Made by a program: the position numbers and the translations under genes. A DNA stretch of 63,896 bases, filler included, from Corallochytrium limacisporum Hawaii (lineage: Eukaryota > Protista > Pluriformea), in the NCBI GenBank assembly GCA_002811645.1. It is 6 parts of 6 records of this genome, joined end to end, with 100 filler letters (N's around TTAATTAATTAA, not from the genome) between each part and the next. Parts side by side here need not be neighbours in the genome. Positions count along the whole stretch, not along the records: positions 22,350 to 45,393 come from PDIP01000058.1; positions 45,494 to 49,038 come from PDIP01000283.1; positions 49,139 to 60,646 come from PDIP01000145.1; 3 more parts are not named here. One strand, given 5' to 3'. Of this stretch, positions 43,062 to 52,532 are shown piece after piece (positions within the stretch are counted from its first letter, which is position 1; the number at the start of each line of letters is the position of its first letter). The notes under the pieces were generated by a model. That model ran no database searches. It saw only the letters and a program-made list of their open reading frames with translations, and was not told where the DNA came from.

Positions 43062-44597
43062 TCAGCAAATACGTTTGACAGCATACTTTTGATTCTCTTC
43101 ATCTATGAGATCGAACTGTGTACAACTGTCACGGCGCAGAAGGGAGCTCATGTCAAATTTCTCATCAGATGTAGAGCGTCGGTTGGAACCTCCACAGCTT
43201 CTCATGAGGGGATATTTCTCAGCCAGTTCCTTGTCACAAAGGCCCTTGTGAACTTCCTCTGCTGTCATTTGAAGTGTGTCGCAACCCCAGATTTGCATAA
43301 CCAAGGAACCAGCACTACCTTCAGACTTTCCAGTAGCGGAAGTGTGGATCAGACTATCTTCAAAAGCCGTACTCCAGTCCGCGCCAATCAGTTCCTCTGC
43401 CAGCTTAACGACGTTCAAAATCTTGGTTGGAGTGGTTAAGGTTTCCTGCCATACCATATCGCGTTTGCTGTAATAGGAGAAGTCCCAGCTAGGCCGGATT
43501 CCACTGAATGCTTTGCCATAGCCCTGGATATGCATCTGCAAGCCATCATAATCATTATTCCATACACCCTCACCTGTGTAAAACATATCCACGGCAACCT
43601 CATCAACATAAAGAGAAACGTTTACAATCGCCATGTCGGGAACATCCACGACAGCTGCGTAGGTAAACGTTTGCTCGTACTCATGAGAGCTGCTTTCTCC
43701 GCTTCCAAATGCCTGGCTGGATGTCGCCTCGAAACCTTCGGTCAAAACAGAAGAGACTTCGGTACCAAAGCCTCCCATTGAAACTGATGCGCTAGCTCCG
43801 AGACTCCATTCAGAAGTCCTGGTAACGTCAGAGGAATACTGGTAGGTAGACGAGGAAGTGAATGAGGAGGCAGTGCTTTCAGAATACTCAACTTCCATAT
43901 CCGTGCAGCTGTTGATCGTATTGACAAGCTTGAAAGTCTGTGGACTTCCATACTCACGCTCGGATTCCACTGACCACACAGCCGACTTAAGCGAAATCGG
44001 GCTGTTTACCTCCTCAAGAATAGCGTTCGCGTCAGTTCCGGTCAGGTCGTCGGGGAAGGCAACGAATCGTGGAATGACGTCTTTGGAATCAGATCCTTCA
44101 ACACAGGCTGCCTTCATAGGGACACCATTATAGATTTGATTCTTGGGGAAGAGAGCATGCAACGCGTCAAACCAGCTGTCCCAAAGGTCCGCATTATCTG
44201 GCGTACGGTCCACGTAGTAAGGTGCCATCATGACGGGGCAGGTCACCGCATTGAGCTTGTGGAGGAAGGTTCTCCAAGGACTCCAGACGTTGTCGTACTT
44301 AGACGTAACGCCAAAATCACCCATAAAAGGACTAATGTAATCCTCAAAATCAGTTCCCATATTGGCCACTTCTTCGGCCAAGGGACGAATATCGAGAATG
44401 CCACCAATCATAGCATCTTTATCCCATTGCGGGAGATCGTGCTCCCAGAACGTCTTATTGGCTGCCCAGCCTTGCCATTCTGGGCTCTCATTTGCACAAG
44501 CATCGTCGAGAGAGCGAGTTGCAATTGGATGAGCAGAGGCCATTTCCATGCCAAGGGCAATGGCTACAAAGCTTGAGACATGCTTGGGAGTCTTCAT
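43062..44597 (-). CDS. Secreted aerolysin/ETX-MTX2-like beta-pore-forming toxin homologue
   Basis: Signal-like MKTPKHVSSFVAIALGMEMASA. Central N(T)..C + S/T-rich strands flanking an alternating hairpin (SEWSLGASASVSMGGFGTEVSSVLTEGFEATSS), then TFTY..VVDVP...VNVSL...V..FYTG. Confidence 0.65.
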   Translation of the reverse strand: MKTPKHVSSFVAIALGMEMASAHPIATRSLDDACANESPEWQGWAANKTFWEHDLPQWDKDAMIGGILDIRPLAEEVANMGTDFEDYISPFMGDFGVTSKYDNVWSPWRTFLHKLNAVTCPVMMAPYYVDRTPDNADLWDSWFDALHALFPKNQIYNGVPMKAACVEGSDSKDVIPRFVAFPDDLTGTDANAILEEVNSPISLKSAVWSVESEREYGSPQTFKLVNTINSCTDMEVEYSESTASSFTSSSTYQYSSDVTRTSEWSLGASASVSMGGFGTEVSSVLTEGFEATSSQAFGSGESSSHEYEQTFTYAAVVDVPDMAIVNVSLYVDEVAVDMFYTGEGVWNNDYDGLQMHIQGYGKAFSGIRPSWDFSYYSKRDMVWQETLTTPTKILNVVKLAEELIGADWSTAFEDSLIHTSATGKSEGSAGSLVMQIWGCDTLQMTAEEVHKGLCDKELAEKYPLMRSCGGSNRRSTSDEKFDMSSLLRRDSCTQFDLIDEENQKYAVKRIC

Positions 44598-45681
44598 TAT
44601 TTCCACAGGTTGGTTTTGGAACAAGTTCTTTGAATACGTGATTCTAAGGCTTTCAGTGGCAAACTCGCTCAGAGCAAGGTAATGAACATACGATCAGGTC
44701 AATGATCAACAAAACTCTTGAAGATCAGAGATCCTTCTTATAGCCGAATGTGCAAATTTCACTTCGTTGTACATTCTTGCGATTCACGATCGTCAGCTGA
44801 GTCCTCTGCCATGTGTATGTTGTGACAGGGACCGCCCTTTGAAAGGCTGCACTGCAGAAGGAACGCCATCGCAATGGCTACCGACGAACATGTTGCTAAC
44901 ATCACAAAGAATAAAGTTTATTTGATTTGCCTCACAGATGCTCTTCAAATAAAGTAACCGAGTCCTGAGATGGACCCTATCTCTCGACGACTTTGCCCAT
45001 TGGGATTGCAGTCCACGCGTCAAACGGTTCCTGCCTTCCCCTCCGCCCCATGGCGCGACCATGGCTTATTACCATTCCTGGAAATTCGTATTAATGGATA
45101 GAGGAAGCCATTGCACAAATCGCGCCGGACTGTGGACTAGCCGCTGGCGCCAAGCGGACACTTCCACCCCTCCCAATTCAGTACCCAAAGTACCGACCGA
45201 AACGGGGAGGAGGTCCTGGCAAGAGGATTTCGCCAGCCGAGAAATTGGGTTCTGTTCCTCCTCTTCCGGCCGCCGCCCTCCCGTCTCATACAAGTACTAT
45301 CGTCTGAGTTGAATGTATACTCCGTATCCAACCAAAATTTTCGTTCGAAAATATATACCGGATCGTGATTTATATGATTATTTATTCGATTCANNNNNNN
45401 NNNNNNNNNNNNNNNNNNNNNNNNNNNNNNNNNNNNNTTAATTAATTAANNNNNNNNNNNNNNNNNNNNNNNNNNNNNNNNNNNNNNNNNNNNATCTCCC
45501 TAACCCAAAGGTTCTACGTAGTCCCTGAAGCCGACGCATTCTGCCATCGTCGCTTTGGCCGGGCCATGAATCCAGCACACACAATGCGGTGATATTTTGT
45601 ATTGGAATAGTTCTTGTATAAGTTAGAAACGGTTGAAGACCAAAGCATTCTCAGTTTCACGGATCTGTACCCGTACGATGG

Positions 45682-46107
45682 CTAAGGAAGGTGTTGTTGC
45701 CGATCCGAAACATCCTCCGCTATATTGGATCCTTGACCACCTGTACTGGTTTGCGTCACATAACTGGAATTCTTGGTCTTAGATGTTTGTGGGGTTTGAT
45801 AGATGCAGCACATAATAGAGTCATATAGCCAGAAGAACGCGGCAATAAAGGTTAATACGGCAATTCTGATATGTGTGGCACTGCCCGGGAAACTGTCACT
45901 GAAGATTGTGATATGGGTTGGGCCAGGGAGATCAGTGTCCAAAGCTTCAGCTTCTATGATGTCGGCATAACTCGGACCAAACATAATTTTCTTGTGCAAC
46001 TGAGTGAGGTAGACACCTGCCAGAGATACCATGACAATGGTCCATAAAAAGGAGAAAGAGGATTTTAGGAACAGGACGGAGGAGTTGTTAGATTCCCCAG
46101 GTATCAT
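45682..46107 (-). CDS. Possible small two-TM protein
   Basis: ATG ORF with two hydrophobic stretches (SFSFLWTIVMVSLAGVYL; IAVLTFIAAFFWLY). It begins only about 50 nt after the upstream stop, so it may be 3' UTR. Confidence 0.3.
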   Translation of the reverse strand: MIPGESNNSSVLFLKSSFSFLWTIVMVSLAGVYLTQLHKKIMFGPSYADIIEAEALDTDLPGPTHITIFSDSFPGSATHIRIAVLTFIAAFFWLYDSIMCCIYQTPQTSKTKNSSYVTQTSTGGQGSNIAEDVSDRQQHLP

Positions 46108-46155
46108 GTTGGCGAGAAGATTCCTAAGTAAGGTTTGCTCGCCCCTTAACAAATC

Positions 46156-48471
46156 TCAGGAGGCGTAAGGGATGTGTGGCACTGATGGAACGTAGCCTGG
46201 CATGAGAGGTCTTCTAACAAAGAGTGTAAACCCATTGTAAGGTCCGTGAGGAACATAATCTTTCTGCAATTCGTACATATTCTCCACTGCTACATCAGTA
46301 TCTAAGATTGCCATGTCAAGTTCGCGTACCTCATCGACAGTGCTGACAACCTCCGTGCCCGGGAGGATTTCTTGCAAAGATTCGCCAGCAAAGTTTACTT
46401 CCATTGTGTAGGTTGGGTTCAACTGGCTGAGGAATCGACGCTTAACTTCATCATCAGGCACATCCTTGAACAACTCCGCAAAGTCGATGCGACCGAACAC
46501 TTCGAGCGCACCTTTGTATCCTGCATTGGTGAATTTGGTTCTGCCGTCATATGCTGTTTCAATGTACTCTGCCGCTAGGACCATGCTTGGCAACATGACA
46601 TTCTGCACATCCGGAGCCTTGAGCTTCCTTCCCTTGCCAAAATAGCGACTGTCAAAATGATCCTTGTCATCCTCTTTACTGAGCCATTGGTCACCGTCCT
46701 TCTTTTTCTTCTCAGCGTTGTCTGCTTTGTAGGTCATGTCAACACCAATAATGAACACACTTTCGTAACCCAAGTGGCCAAGAACTTCCATGCCTGTGGA
46801 TGCGACAGTGCCCGAGGTACCAACCGTGGGCTGTGTCATGGGACCCGGTTTGTCGCTCTCTGTTTTGGAGAAGTCGTGCTCGTCACCAAACCAGAACCAA
46901 TGTGTGTTCTCACCTGGAACGATGGACTTGAAATAGTCAAGATCTTCGAATGTGTACGGAAAGAATGCGTATTCCGTGAACTGACGATACCAATTGATAT
47001 CAGGGCTAACATCAGGACATACCCAAGAATCGATGCACATGTACATCAGCGGGGTCCAATTATAGAAGCGTTCCTGCATGAGGTAGAATCGATTGAATAC
47101 GAGAACATCTTCGCCAGTCAGCATCCACAGCGGAAGACGATTGAGGCTAGGTGCGTTGCCCACCAGAAAGGCGCGTTTGCCTGCCTTAAGACCCTTTGAT
47201 TCATTCCACCATCTGGAATTCCCAAGTATGTCCGGTGTCCTACGGCTGCCCACGCGTCTCTTATCAAGGTCCCCGAGGGCAATATCAAAAAGGGAGCGAC
47301 TAAGATTGGCATGACGGAGCATTCGCTCAAAAACCACCCGATCCTCAAATCGTGCGACACCTGTGCGTGAAACCTCCACAAGATCTTGGATGAGGTTGTG
47401 ATAGTCTGCCCTAGCACCACCACTCGCTAACACCGGTAATTGTTGTAAAGTACAGCCGACAAGAAAGAGGACATCCTTGTCCAAGGCCACATCACTGTGC
47501 ACGAAGGCATCGTCTCCACTGCAGGGATATATCCAATTGCCACCATCCATATCAAGCGCCTCCGCATGCGCCTTTTCCGCTAATTCCGTGAATGTGTCTT
47601 CAGTCAATCTGCCTTTCAATGCATTCAGGGTGCCGCGCCAACCAGAATCTAGAGATTCTTGACGATTGTGTCTGTTTCTGTCACCACTGAGAATATACAA
47701 GTATTCAGTGCCACTGGAGGCATGGTTTGAAGTGCCCAAAGCGCCCGGGCCCGCAAGTGCACTTGCCTTTCTTGCCATTACACTGGAGTATGCAAGGAAG
47801 GCCCCCGTGTTTTCGGTCAGGAACAGCGAAAGATTTGTTGCCAGAGGCCAAGCCCGCACGGGCATGCTCAACAGGTTCTCGCTGTGCACCTCTTGCACCC
47901 AATGTGTGCGGTTGACATGGGATGGTGCGTCCTGCAACTTCACCTTGAATGATGATCCATTCGGATTTGCATCAATGTCGAGCGCGTTTGGAGCATTGTA
48001 GACACCGCGATAGTCCGTCTGGCTAAACAGAATGTCCCCGTACAGCGTTTGCTCATGTTCAAGTGTGGTACGCTCGAGGCTACTTAGTTGAATATTGTCG
48101 ATCGCTTCAATGACAAATACGTGCAATGCTTCCACATCCTCGACCCGTTTCGAAGACACCGGTGGCTGGGATCCAAAACTCTTCAGCCATGTGCGACGGG
48201 CCACTTCGCGCCACCAAAACTCCCCGGGCCTACTAAAAATGAGAAACATCACTGTGCTACTGGCCTTATACTCGCCTTGTGTGGTTCCCCACGAGAATAA
48301 AGTATCCGGACGATTCCTAGCTGTGCTATTTAATACCAGGAAGATGAAAACCATGAGCCCGAATGCCATCACGCAGGGGCGCCGCCGTAGCAGCTTGGCG
48401 AGCATGTTGGGGGCTGACATTGACACCTTTGCAATCATAATGAGGATTGACATTGACTTGTGTGTATGCAT
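46156..48471 (-). CDS. Type II membrane glycosyltransferase-like protein: GT31-like N-terminal region plus DUF115/Maf (sialyltransferase-like) C-terminal domain
   Basis: RRR followed by TM (VMAFGLMVFIFLVL). GT31-like FLIFSRPGEF..REVARRTW, HVFVI, LEHEQTLYGDIL. C-terminal KRAFLVGNAPSL, VFNRFY, P.MYMCID, GTVA...LGHLGYESVFIIGVD, HFDSRYFGKG, NAG..GALEVF. Start uncertain. Confidence 0.75.
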   Translation of the reverse strand: MHTHKSMSILIMIAKVSMSAPNMLAKLLRRRPCVMAFGLMVFIFLVLNSTARNRPDTLFSWGTTQGEYKASSTVMFLIFSRPGEFWWREVARRTWLKSFGSQPPVSSKRVEDVEALHVFVIEAIDNIQLSSLERTTLEHEQTLYGDILFSQTDYRGVYNAPNALDIDANPNGSSFKVKLQDAPSHVNRTHWVQEVHSENLLSMPVRAWPLATNLSLFLTENTGAFLAYSSVMARKASALAGPGALGTSNHASSGTEYLYILSGDRNRHNRQESLDSGWRGTLNALKGRLTEDTFTELAEKAHAEALDMDGGNWIYPCSGDDAFVHSDVALDKDVLFLVGCTLQQLPVLASGGARADYHNLIQDLVEVSRTGVARFEDRVVFERMLRHANLSRSLFDIALGDLDKRRVGSRRTPDILGNSRWWNESKGLKAGKRAFLVGNAPSLNRLPLWMLTGEDVLVFNRFYLMQERFYNWTPLMYMCIDSWVCPDVSPDINWYRQFTEYAFFPYTFEDLDYFKSIVPGENTHWFWFGDEHDFSKTESDKPGPMTQPTVGTSGTVASTGMEVLGHLGYESVFIIGVDMTYKADNAEKKKKDGDQWLSKEDDKDHFDSRYFGKGRKLKAPDVQNVMLPSMVLAAEYIETAYDGRTKFTNAGYKGALEVFGRIDFAELFKDVPDDEVKRRFLSQLNPTYTMEVNFAGESLQEILPGTEVVSTVDEVRELDMAILDTDVAVENMYELQKDYVPHGPYNGFTLFVRRPLMPGYVPSVPHIPYAS

Positions 48472-48970
48472 TACCAGGGAAGCCAATACTGTTGCGCTTG
48501 CTTCCTTAGTTTGCGATCTACATGGCTTTCTAGCGGTGAAGGCAGAAGGGACGTCGTTCCCTTGTGCCAAATCTGATTTAAAAAATTCATCCGTTCTTGT
48601 GTCACTTGCCTATTTACCACTTGTTGTGTTTGCGGTACACCTTGAAATAACTTTGTTTCGAAAGTGAGATAGAACCTGTGCCACACATATTTGGCTTCTT
48701 CACCGTCATTCATCCCTTCATGGAACGCTCAGAACCAAAGCCGACGCGGCACCAAGACCCCCTCTTACTCAGAGTGAGGTGGGTACATCCTCATGTAATG
48801 GACGGACCCCGGCAATATTTCGCAATGGGCGTCACTTCCGGAAACGAAAAAAGGGACGAAGAAAACAGAGAAAGAAAAAGCCAGCACTGGCCAGTAAAAC
48901 AACTGAACTCCGAGAGTTCCAGTGTGTGGTTTAGTTGCGACTAGTCCAGTCCACATCAGTTCTAACAACG

Positions 48971-49308
48971 TACCAACCTCTGCCCCATAAGTTAAGGAGG
49001 AATCTGCCTAAAAACATGCACCGTAATATAAGGAGGGANNNNNNNNNNNNNNNNNNNNNNNNNNNNNNNNNNNNNNNNNNNNTTAATTAATTAANNNNNN
49101 NNNNNNNNNNNNNNNNNNNNNNNNNNNNNNNNNNNNNNCTTCGTTTGAATCAGCTATTGAAATATTTGTGCATGATTGTTAAAAAGAGCAAAATATAATA
49201 AAATAGAATAGAATCAATATAAATTAATCTACAATCAAGATTGAAAAAGATCCTCGGGAGTCAAGTTTTTCGGAGTTTTGACCCTGACATACCAGACAGA
49301 GGGTGGTA
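48971..49308. mobile_element. Putative MITE (TA-flanked, imperfect TIRs) interrupted by a scaffold spacer
   Basis: Left TA-CCAACCTCTGCCCCATAA, right GACAGAGGGTGG-TA, AT-rich interior. The right part repeats at 1-107. Confidence 0.55.
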
Positions 49309-50252
49309 CCACCATCATTGCAGGAAATTTCTAACCCACACCCAGTTGCGTCGTTTGAATGTGTTACTGATCCACAAACGTCGCCCGGTTCTTCCGGTGT
49401 TCTCTAAGAACCAGGGCGAGGGCATTCCTTGCTTCGCTCGGTGATTTCAATGACCACCAAGACCTCGATGAAGATCGGCCGTGAACTGCTAGTTGGCATG
49501 GTGTGACAGTGTGCATACTAAGAAACTAAACAAAAGTGGAAAGAGACAATACAAAAAGAGAAACGAAAGAACCATTAAACCAAACGCGATTGAGAGAAGC
49601 TTGCTGGAGAGAGTGGTCGTGCGCATCCAACTGTACGTAGTGCAAGAAGTACACACTCTCCAGACCATGGGTAACCCGTGATGGCCCGGAGTGTACAGAA
49701 TATTGAAGTGGCAGCTTCTTGACATCTGAAGTCTATCTGGCATGCATACAGTCCACAGAATATCATGTGAGGGTGCAGATGCAGGGATCAACTCCATTCT
49801 GGCTTGAGGGATAGGATGACCAAAGAGAATCCGAGTTCCGAAAACTCTGATACTCTTGCCTTAAACTGTAACGTGTTGCTGCCTTCGTGTTCTGGCCGTG
49901 CTGGAACCATTCCAGGTGCCTTCTATGCAACAACGGGGACGTACGAATGTGGCTTCTGTTCGTTAGAGGGGACGTCGACGCCTCCTTGTTTTGAATGAGT
50001 AATTCGGTTCGTCTCCAGGCCCCATATCAATCGTTCCTTAAAGTTTTCGGAGAAATTTTCGTGCTCATGACTTTTCCTGTCATGTTATTTCACTCCGGGG
50101 CTAGGAAACCGAAGGGGAGGAGGGCAGGTTTCCCGAAATTGGTAGACTTTGGCCGGTAACGACGAGCTAGTGAATGATCTTGCAACAATTTGGTTTCTCG
50201 ATGGGATTGGAGAACGGTGGCTGTCGGCAGAATTGAAAGGTAAACGCAACCA

Positions 50253-52532
50253 CTACATAGTGATAAGTTGGGTATGGTGGGCTTTCAGGCTACTGCGGTG
50301 GCCGAGGCTAATAACAGTGATGTTGAGGTCTTTGCATAGCCTATACATCTGCCCCTCGACGTGTTCATCCATAGCACTGGTGGCTTCGTCAAGGAACGCA
50401 AACTTGGGACGGTGGATGAAGAGGCGAGCAAATCCTAGCAGTTGTCGCTGGCCTGGTGAGTGCACAAGCTCCCATCTCTGGCCCATATCAAGGTCCAAGA
50501 CGGTCGCTCCGGCACCCTCACGTTCGTTGGTCAGCACATTCCGGTCCATATCAAGTTCCAGGACGGTCGCTCCAGCATCCACACCTTCGTTGGCCAGCAC
50601 ATTCTGGTCCGTATCAAGTTCTAGGCCAATCGCTCCAGCATCCTCACCTTCGTTGGTCAGCATATTCTGGTAGTGGTCAAAAAGACCGACATGTTTTAGA
50701 GCCTCCACAGCAACCTCCTCAAAGACTTCCTCTGGTAGAACAGATTGCAAATTTTGGGCCCAAGGGTGCTTGCTGAGGTGCTGTTCCTCCTGGAAGATGG
50801 AATCATTGGCATTTTTGGGGAACATCAGCTGCGCCCGCAGACTACCAAAAGTGAAGCACTGTTCTTGTGGAGTAAAATAAACCTGATTGTGGCCATGGGG
50901 CAGGCGAATGCTCCCGTTAGAGACACGCCAAAGTCCAGCTGCCGCCCTAGTCAGTGAAGTTTTGCCACTGCCACTCGGTCCCGTGATCAGGGTGTCCTGA
51001 CCAGGGAGTACAGTAAGGCTGAAGTTGGAAACAACGACCTGGCGGGTTCCTGGAACGCACAGGTCAACCGCATCAAAACTGATTCCCTGGTTTTCCTCGG
51101 CCTCGCGTGGAACAGGCTGGATGTGCGCCCCTTGGTTTGTCAAAACAAGACATTCAGAGGCATCCGGACCGTTCTCAAAGTCCATTTCATGATCTGAATG
51201 CAAGGATTCAATGCGACTGTTGTCCATTTCATGGTCTGAATGCAGGGATTCAATGCGACTGTTGTCCATGTCATGTTGCGACTGCAGGGATTCAATGCGA
51301 CTGTTGTCCATAAAATGTTGTGCTTCTTCCAAAAACTCTGCCACACGGTGTATGTAGCCTGACAGGTCCGAAACCTCCGTACTCACATCCACAAGGTTAC
51401 TGAAATTGTAGATAAGGTACATGGTCATGAATGTTCCCTGCGAAATAAATGAGGACAGCTCCACAGGGCTGAGGTTGTCTTTTTGTCCCATGATAATGGG
51501 AATGCCGACGATGACGTAGGTGAGGATACTGCCTGCGTAGTTGAAGAATTGGACTGACAGATTCACTGGCAGTGACCAGTTCACAATGCTGCGCTGCAGT
51601 CTCAGCAATTCGTGGAGCTGTCTGTTGGTCACGGCTCCCTGTTCGGTCTCACCTTCCACTAGGGCAACCGGTTCTACGTGACGACGGGTGTGCACGTGAA
51701 TGTAACGGTACTGGCCCTCAAAACGTTCCTGGAGGTACACTCGACGAGACACGGGAGAGATCAGGAATTTGTTCACAAAGGTGACCAAGATGAACCAGAT
51801 AAAACAGGCTCCCACACCCCAGGCACCCATAACGTGACTTACTTTGACCGAGTAGTAGATAATCACGAACGGAATGACTGCGACCTTTACCATGATATCA
51901 CTGAGTGAGGTGGTCAAACGATCGGCATCTTGGGTCAGACGTTGGTCCGCGTCGTGTATTTTACTTCCCTCCTGGGTGAGGGATGGGTAGAACACGCTCC
52001 GTTTGAAGTACAGATGGTTCATTTTGTGGCACAGACGGGCACGCCAGGTCACCTTCAGGATACCACCCAGGAATGACTGTAGTGCATTGGCAACAGCCTG
52101 AGCCGTGACCAGGAGAAAGGCATGGAAGACTAGTATCCAAAAGGGATGGGGTTCCTTATCGCCCAAGACTACATAGAAATGTGAGGGGATAAGACCGACT
52201 TGGTACGTAATGACCTCTAGTGTTGCATTGAAGCCAATGAGGAAGAGTAGGGTGATGATGGGTCTTGGTCCCAAGAAGCCACCGATCAACGGTAGCCAGG
52301 ACAGTTTTCTGCTAATCTCGTCGGCACCTGGCACAGAAGGACCTAGCAGGACTGAGGCCACCACTTTTGTACGCTTAACCAGAAGCGTGTTGAACCCAAA
52401 GCGGGACACTGTGGGCAGGTAAGATTCATACATTAGAATCTTATCCAGAGCCTGCATATCCTTCAACCCCTTGACGGTCATTTGGGTAGCACCACGAGCT
52501 TCAAGCTCCTTGGCCTTAGCGGTGTCTACCAT
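50253..52532 (-). CDS. ABCD4: ABC subfamily D half-transporter, ABCD4-like (lysosomal cobalamin exporter family)
   Basis: YQVGLIPS.FY.VLGDK (ABCD4-like), DADQRLTQD, EGQYRYIH, Walker A GPSGSGKTS, signature variant HSPGQRQ, Walker B AFLDEATSAMD, SLGHR. Confidence 0.88.
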   Translation of the reverse strand: MVDTAKAKELEARGATQMTVKGLKDMQALDKILMYESYLPTVSRFGFNTLLVKRTKVVASVLLGPSVPGADEISRKLSWLPLIGGFLGPRPIITLLFLIGFNATLEVITYQVGLIPSHFYVVLGDKEPHPFWILVFHAFLLVTAQAVANALQSFLGGILKVTWRARLCHKMNHLYFKRSVFYPSLTQEGSKIHDADQRLTQDADRLTTSLSDIMVKVAVIPFVIIYYSVKVSHVMGAWGVGACFIWFILVTFVNKFLISPVSRRVYLQERFEGQYRYIHVHTRRHVEPVALVEGETEQGAVTNRQLHELLRLQRSIVNWSLPVNLSVQFFNYAGSILTYVIVGIPIIMGQKDNLSPVELSSFISQGTFMTMYLIYNFSNLVDVSTEVSDLSGYIHRVAEFLEEAQHFMDNSRIESLQSQHDMDNSRIESLHSDHEMDNSRIESLHSDHEMDFENGPDASECLVLTNQGAHIQPVPREAEENQGISFDAVDLCVPGTRQVVVSNFSLTVLPGQDTLITGPSGSGKTSLTRAAAGLWRVSNGSIRLPHGHNQVYFTPQEQCFTFGSLRAQLMFPKNANDSIFQEEQHLSKHPWAQNLQSVLPEEVFEEVAVEALKHVGLFDHYQNMLTNEGEDAGAIGLELDTDQNVLANEGVDAGATVLELDMDRNVLTNEREGAGATVLDLDMGQRWELVHSPGQRQLLGFARLFIHRPKFAFLDEATSAMDEHVEGQMYRLCKDLNITVISLGHRSSLKAHHTQLITM
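50481..50669 (-). repeat. Three 63-nt in-frame repeats within the ABCD4 nucleotide-binding domain
   Basis: QNMLTNEGEDAGAIGLELDTD / QNVLANEGVDAGATVLELDMD / RNVLTNEREGAGATVLDLDMG. Confidence 0.9.
51186..51311 (-). repeat. Three 42-nt in-frame repeats in the ABCD4 TMD-NBD linker
   Basis: MDNSRIESL[QH]S[QD]H[DE] x3. Confidence 0.92.

Noticed and set aside
46156-48471. This glycosyltransferase as the Gtb3/PelF-like GAG synthase
   Set aside because: No GT4 features or multi-TM region; the motifs point to GT31 and DUF115.
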